Shown here piece by piece: positions 25,945 through 34,250 of a stretch of 47,111 bases of DNA (positions are counted from its first letter, which is position 1; each line of letters begins with the position of its first letter). The position numbers and the translations under genes are program-made. The notes under the pieces were generated by a model, which did not search any database, was not told where the DNA came from, and was given only the letters and a program-made list of their open reading frames with translations. Source of the stretch: an uncultured Bordetella sp. (GTDB lineage: Bacteria > Pseudomonadota > Gammaproteobacteria > Burkholderiales > Burkholderiaceae_C); NCBI GenBank assembly GCA_964409495.1, contig CAYPDO010000002.1, forward strand, positions 2,001 to 49,111, in the 5' to 3' direction.

Positions 25945-26970
25945 TCAGGCGGGAACGGCGGTCCAGCGCTTCAGGATGGCCTCGATGCGCGGCCGGGGCG
26001 CCGACAGCGCACCCCTGGACCAGACCTCGTTCAGGTCGGCCATTTCGTGGTGCGACATGGCATGGTCCACCACGTCGGCCAGGTACAGCGCCTCCGACAG
26101 GGGCTCGTGGCGCAGCGATGGCACCTGGCGGTGGTGATTGCCGATGGCCGCCACCGCGCGCTGGCCCAGTTGCCAGCGCTGTGCGGCCAGGGCGCCCAGC
26201 GGCTCGTGCGCCGCGCCCAGCAGGGCCTGGAAAAAGTCCGGCGGCAGCTCGATGCTGCGCCGGCGCGTGGCGCGCAGCACCGACAGGCGGTCGAAGACGA
26301 TGAGCTTGCCGACGTCATGCAGCAGCGCCAGGGTCATGGCCTCGTCGGGGTTGACCGACAGGGCCGGTGCCAGGCACTGCGCGATGGGGCCGGTGCGGAT
26401 CATGTGCGACCACACCTGGGCCGCCATGGCGTTGTATTGGCCGCCGGGCAGCGACAGCAGGTTGCTGGCGCAGCAGGCGGTGAGCACACCGCGGGCCTGG
26501 GTCAGGCCGATGCGGTCGAGCGCCGCCTCCATGCCGAGCACGGGTTCGCGGCCGGCGCTGAAGGCGCTGCTGTTGGCCATGCGCAGCATGGACTCCATCA
26601 GGCTGGGGTCACGCGCCAGATGGGCGACCAGGCGCGACCGCGGCAGGTTCGGGTCGTCGCACATGGCCAGCGCCTCGCGCGCCGACGCTGGCAGCTGGCG
26701 GATCAGCTCGTCGGAGTCGCTGTCCAGCAGCTCGACCAGCGCGCGGGCGTCGGGCACGCCGGGCGCATGTTCGTCGACCAGGCGGCTGAGCAGGCCGCGT
26801 TGCGCCTGCCAGTGCGCCAGCGCATCCAGCACGGGCGCCGCCGGGGCGGCCGGCCGGTCGGCACCGGCCGATGGCTCGGAATGCTGCCAATCGCGCTGCG
26901 CTTCAGGCGCCTGCTCCACAGAGCGCCGAGGCCAGCCCAACAGCCCCTTGATGAAGCGCAGCAGTTCCAT
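25945..26970 (-). CDS. Stand-alone HDOD-domain protein
   Basis: LP, DPSL...LRMANS, A..RIG, WSH and ALLHDVGKL; TGATG-coupled to the upstream gene. Confidence 0.92.
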   Translation of the reverse strand: MELLRFIKGLLGWPRRSVEQAPEAQRDWQHSEPSAGADRPAAPAAPVLDALAHWQAQRGLLSRLVDEHAPGVPDARALVELLDSDSDELIRQLPASAREALAMCDDPNLPRSRLVAHLARDPSLMESMLRMANSSAFSAGREPVLGMEAALDRIGLTQARGVLTACCASNLLSLPGGQYNAMAAQVWSHMIRTGPIAQCLAPALSVNPDEAMTLALLHDVGKLIVFDRLSVLRATRRRSIELPPDFFQALLGAAHEPLGALAAQRWQLGQRAVAAIGNHHRQVPSLRHEPLSEALYLADVVDHAMSHHEMADLNEVWSRGALSAPRPRIEAILKRWTAVPA

Positions 26971-27422
26971 CACACCGTCTCGGCCGGGTTCACGACTTCC
27001 TGGCGCAGGCTGTCGATGATGGTCAGCGCCTTCTGGTTCAGGCACTGGATCTGGTCGGGCTGCAACAGGGATTCGATGCGCTGGAAGAAGTACGAGCTGA
27101 CGCTGCCGCGCACCAGGTCGATGGGCTTGGCTTCGCCGTTGCGCATCAGGTCGTAGTTGGCCACGTCGTTGTGGCGCTGCCACTGCAGGCGCAGCTCAAG
27201 CCACAGCGAGGCGAGTGCGCCGTACAGCTCGTCGGCGTCCTCGGGGTCGCACATGGCCTCGGCCAGCGTGCGAATCTGGACGGCCGTGCTCGCCGACTCG
27301 TGCTGGACCATGCTGCGGGCATGCTCGGCGATGTCGACGGCAGCCAGGAACGCGTTCGTGCTGGCCGACACGGTGTCGGCATCGGCAATCTGGGACAGGC
27401 GTTGTGGAAGGTCGTAGCTCAT
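26970..27422 (-). CDS. Hypothetical helical protein, paralogous to the N-terminus of the CheA-like protein
   Basis: GC3-rich ORF directly after pyp; shares MC...D..EL..ALA..WLEL.L.W.R.N....Y..M..G with 24483-25931. Confidence 0.85.
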   Translation of the reverse strand: MSYDLPQRLSQIADADTVSASTNAFLAAVDIAEHARSMVQHESASTAVQIRTLAEAMCDPEDADELYGALASLWLELRLQWQRHNDVANYDLMRNGEAKPIDLVRGSVSSYFFQRIESLLQPDQIQCLNQKALTIIDSLRQEVVNPAETV

Positions 27423-27491
27423 GGATGGGTTCCGTTCTGGGGTTCTGTGGCGTGGGGGTGCTGGCGGGCCCGGTGGCCCGGTGCCTGCCGC

Positions 27492-27866
27492 TCAGGCGGC
27501 GCGCATGCTCACGAAGACCCAGTTCGAGGCCGACGGCGCATGGCGCAGCATGCGGATGCGCACGTTCGTCGGCTTCATCTTGTAGGTGAAGGTGTAGTTG
27601 AACTCGGTGTCCAGGTCGTTGCGCGCCACGCCGTCCTTGAACTTGCCGAACACCAGGCGGTTGTTCGTGCAGGCGGCCACCTGGGTGAAGAAGTTGCTGC
27701 CTTCGGCCGACGAGATGGGCACGCCGGCCATCTCGGACTCCCACTTGTTGTAGAGCTTGATGACGCCCTGGTCATCCACCTGGACAACGCCGTAGGGCTG
27801 TGCATCTGCCGTGCCGCGGTCGACGGAGGGGATCTGGGAGATGAACTGCGGTGTAACGAAAGACAT
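27492..27866 (-). CDS. pyp: Photoactive yellow protein (PAS-fold p-coumarate photoreceptor), 124 aa
   Basis: PYG...D..G.I..YN..E, NFF..VAACTN (chromophore Cys), F.YTF.Y.M.PT.V and WVFV; GGAG RBS; pcl in the same cluster. Confidence 0.93.
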   Translation of the reverse strand: MSFVTPQFISQIPSVDRGTADAQPYGVVQVDDQGVIKLYNKWESEMAGVPISSAEGSNFFTQVAACTNNRLVFGKFKDGVARNDLDTEFNYTFTYKMKPTNVRIRMLRHAPSASNWVFVSMRAA

Positions 27867-27961
27867 GGTCACTCCAAACTGTCAGAGGGGGCTTGAGGTG
27901 GAACCGGGCTGGACGTCATGCTGCTGTTCGCCGGACCGGGGGGGGTAACAACTGAACAGCG

Positions 27962-28591
27962 TCAGTTGAGCGATTGCGACACGAGCGCGTCGATCATTTC
28001 GCGCGCGCGCCGCTTTGTCGTGAGGATGTCGGCCTTGAGCTGCTCGTTTTCCTGTGCCAGGTCGTTGCGCTCTTCCAGCAGCACGGCCACCTGCTCGGTG
28101 AGGCTTTCGGCCATGCAGGCGGCTTCGCGGTGGCCCACGGTGAGGCCGGCGCCTTCTTCGTAGAACGCGGCCAGCTGGGCCTCGAACGACTGCACGGTGG
28201 CGCGCAGCGCATCGATGCCGCTTTCGGGCAGCAGGCGGCCCTGCTCGTCCAGTTCGCGCTCTTCGTACAGCGCATGCAGCTGCTGGTTCAGCCCGTCGAT
28301 GGTGGCCAGCAGGCCGTCGGCGTTGTCGGCGCCGGATTCGCGCATGGCGTAGAAGTCGGCCAGCTGCGCGGTCAGGTTCTCGACGGTCTCGCGCAGATCG
28401 GCGATCGTGCGAGCGCTCAGCCGCTGCTTGTCCTCGTAGAGCGCTGCCAGCGACTCGTCCGCAGAGAAGGACACGCTGTTGTCGCGTTCCTTGTCGGCGT
28501 AGAGACACACCAGCTGCTGTTCCAGGCTGGCCAGGGATTCCCGCAGTGACTCGATCGAATCTGCGGCCGCGTTGTGGTGTGACAGGTTCAT
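27962..28591 (-). CDS. Acidic coiled-coil protein with about six internal QL..(L/F)Y repeats
   Basis: First gene of the pyp cluster. Repeats SLEQQLVCLYADKE, SADESLAALYEDKQ, NLTAQLADFYAMRE, GLNQQLHALYEERE, SFEAQLAAFYEEGA, SLTEQVAVLLEERN. Confidence 0.85.
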   Translation of the reverse strand: MNLSHHNAAADSIESLRESLASLEQQLVCLYADKERDNSVSFSADESLAALYEDKQRLSARTIADLRETVENLTAQLADFYAMRESGADNADGLLATIDGLNQQLHALYEERELDEQGRLLPESGIDALRATVQSFEAQLAAFYEEGAGLTVGHREAACMAESLTEQVAVLLEERNDLAQENEQLKADILTTKRRAREMIDALVSQSLN

Positions 28592-28867
28592 GGGTGCGCC
28601 AGGGGTTGCGGGTTGACTTGCCCCTGACGCGAGCACTGGATGCGCTGCCGTTGACGCTGCATGCAGTCGTCATCGGTCACCGGTGAAACGCCTAGCGGTG
28701 GCCTCGAGAGGCGTACCTGCGTGATCTCGACAGATCAACGCGGGACTTGAGGCATCACCGCTGCGTTTCGATCACTTTTTCATGGTTTTGGGGCTGGGCG
28801 GCGGCGCTAGCCTTCGCGCAGAGGCGCGGCTTGCCCGCCTTGCGCCACCGCCTGCCGAACCGAGCCG

Positions 28868-29563
28868 ATGACCACCTTCCTGTCAAGCCGCGGATCCACC
28901 GAGCCGGGCCCCGCAAAGGGCGCATGGCGCCCCTTGCTGAGGACACGGCTGGTCGGCCGCGCCGAGCCCTTGTTCGTTGACGCCAGCGGCTTGCGCAGTG
29001 CGGCGTCCATCTGGAGCGGCGCGCAGGTGTGGGCCCAGCTGCTGCGGGCCCATCCCGAGGGCACCCGCGTGGTGGTGCGGCAGGCTGAGCGTCTGACCTT
29101 GCTGCAGCTGCTGGTGGCGGTGCTGTGGGACGGCCGCACGCTGCAGGTGGAGGCAGGCGCAAATGCGCCGATGCCCGGCGCCTGGTGCCTGGACGGCCGG
29201 CAGGTGATGCACGATGGCCAGGCCGTGTGCAGCCTGGGCGATGGCGGCTGGCCGGATCTGGCCGGCCCGGCGCGCATGTCCACCCTGGACATGCTGGCGT
29301 ACGCACCCGCGCACGGCGACATTGGCGTGCATGGCCGGCAGACCAGCCACGGCGAGCTGTGGCTGGCGCTGGGCGCCCCGCTGGGCCAAGCGCCGCCGGC
29401 AGGGCCCGCCGCGGCATCGCCGCTGCCGGCACCGACGTCCGAGCTTCTCGCACCCTTCGACCTGGCCTCTCTGGCCACACCGCACGATGTGCTGAACGAC
29501 GCGCTGTTGCCGCTGCTGCGCTGCACCGAAGTGTGGGAACGCGCGGCGCTGCCGGCCGCCTGA
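28868..29563 (+). CDS. Hypothetical protein, weakly resembling the N-terminal part of an AMP-binding enzyme
   Basis: GC3-rich ORF divergent from the pyp cluster. S...IW.....A..L......G.RVVV......L..LVAVLW.G recalls ANL N-termini, but no TSG P-loop is present. Confidence 0.6.
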   Translation: MTTFLSSRGSTEPGPAKGAWRPLLRTRLVGRAEPLFVDASGLRSAASIWSGAQVWAQLLRAHPEGTRVVVRQAERLTLLQLLVAVLWDGRTLQVEAGANAPMPGAWCLDGRQVMHDGQAVCSLGDGGWPDLAGPARMSTLDMLAYAPAHGDIGVHGRQTSHGELWLALGAPLGQAPPAGPAAASPLPAPTSELLAPFDLASLATPHDVLNDALLPLLRCTEVWERAALPAA

Positions 29564-29666
29564 TGCCGCCACAGCCGGTGGCTGGCGCCCCGGCCGGTGC
29601 GGCCGGGCGCCAGGGCATGGACCCCGGATGCCCGTCCTTCGGGTCGGGCCAGACGGCCGCACCTGT

Positions 29667-29726
29667 CACGTCACTCAACACGTCACTCAACACGCCACCG
29701 ATCACGCCGCATGTCACGCCGCCGGT
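29667..29726. repeat. Five degenerate 12-bp tandem repeats
   Basis: cacgtcactcaa twice, then cacgccaccgat, cacgccgcatgt and cacgccgccggt, in a convergent intergenic gap. Confidence 0.7.
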
Positions 29727-29816
29727 TGCTGGACGAGAAGCGGTTCATGAACACCGGGCGGCCTGTGCGCCGCGCACACCGCACTGCCGCGGCACCTCAG
29801 CGTGGGGGCATGGCCG

Positions 29817-32693
29817 TCAGAACGGGGGGGCGGCCCAGGCCACATCGGCCAGCGCAAAGCGCGACAGGCAGACGCAGGTGCCATCGTTCTGGTTGCCGCC
29901 AAGCAGCCAGACCAGGCCGGTCGGGGCGTCGCAGTCGAGTGCAAAGCCCACATGGTGCTTGCCGTTGGGCATGTTGACCACGACCACATCGCCTGGCTGG
30001 GGCGCGCCGGCGCGCTGTGCGGCGGCCGATGGCCACGAGATCCAGTTGCGCGCGCCTTCCGGCGTGCCGGGCAGTGTCAGCGCGCGGCCCGCGCCCTCGG
30101 CGGCGTGGCGCTTGAGCACCCAGGTCACGAAGGCACCACACCAGGCCGTGGTGTCGCCCTTGTCGCCCAGGCTGGAGCCGATGGCATCGAGGTATTCGCA
30201 CACCCGGGGGTTGCTGGTGGCGCGGCTGGCGCCCTTGGCCTCGACCTGGCCCAGCTCGCCCAGCGCCCAGTCCATCCACGGCTGGGCTTCGCGCGCCAAG
30301 GGCGTGGCGCCCGGGCTGGCAATCTGCTGCAGCAGGCCCTGGTCCACCTCGTCAAGCTGGGCCGGCTGTTCGCGCGCCATCGTGAACACCTTCCGGTTGC
30401 GGACGGGCGTGGTGGCGTCGGTCTTGTAGCGCCACAGCACGCACAGGGCGCGCAGCTCGGCGTCGAGTGTGGTGGCGGCAGGGTCCACCTTCTGACCGAA
30501 GGCGGCCATGCGCGTCTGCAGATGCTTCACCAGCAGCGGCACCATCGGGTTGGCCTCGCCACGGCGCAGCCGGCCCGATGGCAGGCCGGCGGCGGGCTGT
30601 CGTGCCTGGCTGGCCGGGCGCCCGACCAGCGCCGTGTAGGTGGCGTTGGTGAGCAGGCTGGTCTCACCCAGCCCGCGTTCGCGGCTCTGCGACAGGATGG
30701 CGGCACGCGTGGCGCTGTCCAGCTCACCCGTGGCCGGCACGCCCAGCGCCTGCTGCAGGGCCTGCACCTCGCGCACCGTGAGCTGGTCTTCGAACTCGTT
30801 GTCGGCGCCCACCACCAGCGGCAGCGGGCGGTTGCGGCCCGGTGGCCCTGCCGCGGGTGACGGCGCCGCCGCAGACGGCGACGGGGCCGGCGCCGGCAAG
30901 GGCTGGCTGCCTTCGCCCCGCAGCGCCGCATCGTCGTCCTGCCGGGCTGCGGCGCTGGCGCGAACCCGCATGACCTTGCTGAGCAGATCAAACCAGAACG
31001 GCGCGCCCAGCGACACGAAGAACGCCGAGACCAGGATGCCGGCCGCCCAGGCCAGCAAGCCGGTGGCGCCACCGTACTGCATCCGGAAGGCCGGCACGCC
31101 GAGCTGCGGGATGGACCGGGCCTGGCCGGTGCACAGCCAGCCCGTCCACGACGCGCTGTCGGCGGGCGGCTGGCTGCAGCCCAGGCTGGCGGCCGAGGCC
31201 GCAGCAGCCGGCTGGGCATCGCACACCTCTACGGCACGGCAGAACTGCGCATGGCGGTTGGCAACGGTCAGGCCGATCGGCAGCCGGTTCACCGGGTTCT
31301 GCCTGGCCCGCACGCAGCGCTGCAACGCGGCCAGCGATGTGGGCGTGGTGCGCGCGCAGTCGTCGTACGCCTGGGGGTCGGCGCTGAACAGCTGGCGTGC
31401 ATTCAGGCCGGCTTCGGCCGTGCGCACCAGGGTCTGCAAGGCCGACTTGGTGTCCTCCAGGGCCACGGCGGCCTCGCGCATCAGGCGCTGGCTTTCGGCC
31501 TGGCTGCCCACGCCGCTGGCCGCCCGCACCCAGGCCGAGATCTCGGTGACGCAGCGCTGGGCGTCACGCAGCGCGCGTGCCGGCTCGATCGGCCCGCCAT
31601 CGTCGCCACGCGCCTTCGGCGCGCTGGCGGACGCCGCCAGGCGCTCGATGGCCTCGCCACGCACGGCCGTCTCGATGCGCGACAGCATCATCGGCAGCAC
31701 CGTCTGCCAGGTGTCGGCATTCGACAGGTAGCGACCTTCCTGTTCGCTGCCCCCGGCAGGCTCGCTGGCGCGCTTGGGCAGCAGCTGCGCTTCCACGTCC
31801 AGCCCGCACAGCGCAAAGTCGCTGGCATAAAAGCCATAGGCCCGGATGGCCTTGTCGCGGTCAAAGGCGGTGCGCAGCCGCGCGATCGCATCCACCATGC
31901 GCGAGACCGCACGCGTGGCGGGATCGACCACCACCGCCACCGTGCCGGGTGCGGCCGGCACCGAGGCGGCAGTGGCCGCCGCGGCGGCGCGGGCGTCCTG
32001 CTCGCGCACATCCTGCACGCCTTCGGCAAGGCGCACGAAAGACCGGCGCAGGTCGGCATCCTCACCAAAGGCCGACGCAATGCGGCCGGCATCGACGTTC
32101 AGCAGCGCGCACACCAGCACCGCGATCCAGAAGCCCACCATCGAGCTGCGGCGCTTCCACCAGCCGCGGGCACGCTCGCCGATGGCGCTGTACCAGCCGC
32201 AGATGGCGGTCTCGAAGCCGCTCCAGTCGCCCTCGTGGCCCTGCAGCAGGCCGCGCAGTGCCCGTGCCAGCCGGCTGCGCGAACTCTGGGCGGGGGCGGC
32301 CTTCTCGAGCTCGTCGACAAAGCTGGCGGGCGTGAAACCGTCTTCGCGCGGCGGGCGGCCTGTCGCGCTCAGTTCCATCAGCAGCGCGCGGGTGAACAGC
32401 TCGGGCGGGATCTCCGACGGCCCCTCGGCACTGAGGCCCCACCAGTGGCCGGGCCGCGCCGCCTTGGCCGTGTACAGCGCGCCCAGCAGCGGGTTGTCCA
32501 GCAGCTGCTCGACCAGCCCGCGGTCGCCCATCAGCGCTTCCTCCAGCATGCGGTGCAGGTTGTGCACCCGGCCGGCGCGCAGGTTGCCGTGCCAGCTTTC
32601 CTGCACCCGCATCACCAGCAGTGACAGCAGCGCGTAGGTCAGTGCAAACGCGATGGCGATGTCGATGAAGACGTTGTCGAGCAGACTGTCCAT
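29817..32693 (-). CDS. Multi-TM membrane protein fused to a PG-binding-like segment and a C-terminal TIGR02594/CHAP-like peptidoglycan hydrolase
   Basis: TM segments at the N-terminus, at GFWIAVLVCALLNVD and at GILVSAFFVSLGAPFWFDLL; VQALQQALG..ATG.LD.AT..AI; PWM..A..ELG..E, AWCGAFV.W, HVGF and LGGNQ. Confidence 0.8.
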   Translation of the reverse strand: MDSLLDNVFIDIAIAFALTYALLSLLVMRVQESWHGNLRAGRVHNLHRMLEEALMGDRGLVEQLLDNPLLGALYTAKAARPGHWWGLSAEGPSEIPPELFTRALLMELSATGRPPREDGFTPASFVDELEKAAPAQSSRSRLARALRGLLQGHEGDWSGFETAICGWYSAIGERARGWWKRRSSMVGFWIAVLVCALLNVDAGRIASAFGEDADLRRSFVRLAEGVQDVREQDARAAAAATAASVPAAPGTVAVVVDPATRAVSRMVDAIARLRTAFDRDKAIRAYGFYASDFALCGLDVEAQLLPKRASEPAGGSEQEGRYLSNADTWQTVLPMMLSRIETAVRGEAIERLAASASAPKARGDDGGPIEPARALRDAQRCVTEISAWVRAASGVGSQAESQRLMREAAVALEDTKSALQTLVRTAEAGLNARQLFSADPQAYDDCARTTPTSLAALQRCVRARQNPVNRLPIGLTVANRHAQFCRAVEVCDAQPAAAASAASLGCSQPPADSASWTGWLCTGQARSIPQLGVPAFRMQYGGATGLLAWAAGILVSAFFVSLGAPFWFDLLSKVMRVRASAAARQDDDAALRGEGSQPLPAPAPSPSAAAPSPAAGPPGRNRPLPLVVGADNEFEDQLTVREVQALQQALGVPATGELDSATRAAILSQSRERGLGETSLLTNATYTALVGRPASQARQPAAGLPSGRLRRGEANPMVPLLVKHLQTRMAAFGQKVDPAATTLDAELRALCVLWRYKTDATTPVRNRKVFTMAREQPAQLDEVDQGLLQQIASPGATPLAREAQPWMDWALGELGQVEAKGASRATSNPRVCEYLDAIGSSLGDKGDTTAWCGAFVTWVLKRHAAEGAGRALTLPGTPEGARNWISWPSAAAQRAGAPQPGDVVVVNMPNGKHHVGFALDCDAPTGLVWLLGGNQNDGTCVCLSRFALADVAWAAPPF

Positions 32694-32708
32694 GCTGGGC
32701 GGCTCCGG

Positions 32709-34250
32709 TCAGGCGATGTCGGCGTAGAACACATGGCGACCGATCTGCTGGTAGGGCACCCGGTTGCGGGCCCAGGCCGGCGGCTGCCGCATCGACACCG
32801 CGAAGTAATGGCGCACGCCGGGCGGCAACGCGAGGATGGGCGGCCCCTCCAGGCCCAGTGCACGGCGCGCAACGGCCCGTGCGCGGCCGAAGGCCGGGTC
32901 AGGGGCCCGGGTCACGCGGGCGATGGCCGCACGGTTTGGATCACCGGGGTTCCAGCAGCTGAACTGCCACCTGGCCAGGCACACATCGGCCACCGTGCGG
33001 GCGCCACGCCAGGCCGCTCGCTGCCGGTTCAAGATGACGGCCGCCACGCCCTCCATGCCTTCATCGCTCTCGCCACGCGCCTCGGCCCACAGCGTCTGCG
33101 TCATCACCAGCAGGTCACGCGCCGCATCGTCGCCCTGGTCAGGCGTGGGCGGGTCGGCGGTGTCCAGTTCGTCCAGCGGGTGCACAGGGCGGTCGGCCTC
33201 GGTCATGGTGGCCGGGTCGTGACGGAGCCAGGGCTTCACGGCAAACCAGTCCAGCGCCGGCTTCACGCGCAGCAGCACGGCATTGGCCCCGAAGCGGCTG
33301 GCGCCCGCGTCCAGCCCCGCCACATGCATGCCCAGCAACTGGTCGCCACGGCTCCACACGGCGCCACCGCTGTCGCCGGGCTGCGTGGCCGGGTCGGTGC
33401 GGTAGCCGATGGCGCGCTGCAGGAAGTAGTCGGGGTAGTCGTCCTCATCCACCAGCACTTCACCCGACCAGAACGAGGCCAGCCGCCCGCCCAGCGGCGC
33501 GGCCCCCTGGGCGGCGCAACGCTGCAGGGCCACCGGCCGGTCGGCCTCGATCAGATCGTCCAGCCCGGTGGGCAGCCACGCATCGGCCTGCGCCTGCAGC
33601 GCCTGCAGCAGGCGCTGCAAGGTGGCAGCGTCGATCTCGACCAGCGCGGCATCGAGCTCGGAGGCGGGGCAGCCCTGGCCCAGCGCGGGCTGCCACTCAC
33701 ACAGCCGGCCCGACCAGGTGCTGCCCGCCAGCGCCACGGAGACCTGATCGCCGGCGCGGGCCGTCGCATCCGGCGCCACCACATGTGCGCAAGTCAGCAG
33801 GTACTGGCGCTCGGGTGCCAGCCGGTCGCGCACCAGCGCGGCGGCGGTGCCGGTCTGCCCGCCCCGGCCCCGCGTGAGCGACGGTGCCTCGGCCTGCGCG
33901 CGACAACGCGGCGCACGGGCCCATTGCAGCGGCCAGGCCGCGCCCTGCACACCCGGCAGGCGCAGCTCGGTGGGCAGGCCGCGCGCCGACACGCCGTCGC
34001 GCAAGCACACCACCAGTGGCGACACGTCACCGCATGCCAGGTCCAGTGGCAGCTCCAGCGACTGCACCGCGTCGCTGCACAGCCAGTCGGGGGCCCGCAC
34101 CACCTGCCCCTGGTGGCGCTGCGCCAGCACGCCATCGGCCCAGGCCAGGGCGGCCAGGGCCGGGTGCCTGGCAGGGCGAATGCCGGCGTTCTGGCGGGTG
34201 CGATGCAGCGGTCGGCCATGCCGGCCGCCGCGTGTCAGACGCAGGCTCAT
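32709..34250 (-). CDS. Trypsin-like serine protease fused to a SleB/Hydrolase_2 cell-wall hydrolase
   Basis: Catalytic triad motifs LLTCAHVV, LDAALV and GDSGG; C-terminal TLWAEARGE, VILNR, QFSCWN and IGRHVFY. Confidence 0.88.
   Translation of the reverse strand: MSLRLTRGGRHGRPLHRTRQNAGIRPARHPALAALAWADGVLAQRHQGQVVRAPDWLCSDAVQSLELPLDLACGDVSPLVVCLRDGVSARGLPTELRLPGVQGAAWPLQWARAPRCRAQAEAPSLTRGRGGQTGTAAALVRDRLAPERQYLLTCAHVVAPDATARAGDQVSVALAGSTWSGRLCEWQPALGQGCPASELDAALVEIDAATLQRLLQALQAQADAWLPTGLDDLIEADRPVALQRCAAQGAAPLGGRLASFWSGEVLVDEDDYPDYFLQRAIGYRTDPATQPGDSGGAVWSRGDQLLGMHVAGLDAGASRFGANAVLLRVKPALDWFAVKPWLRHDPATMTEADRPVHPLDELDTADPPTPDQGDDAARDLLVMTQTLWAEARGESDEGMEGVAAVILNRQRAAWRGARTVADVCLARWQFSCWNPGDPNRAAIARVTRAPDPAFGRARAVARRALGLEGPPILALPPGVRHYFAVSMRQPPAWARNRVPYQQIGRHVFYADIA

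Noticed and set aside
24432-27156. Long plus-strand ORFs opposite the PYP operon
   Set aside because: Reverse-complement shadows of the CheA-like and HDOD genes.
29667-29726. Possible CRISPR array
   Set aside because: 12-bp adjacent repeats without spacers, and no cas genes.
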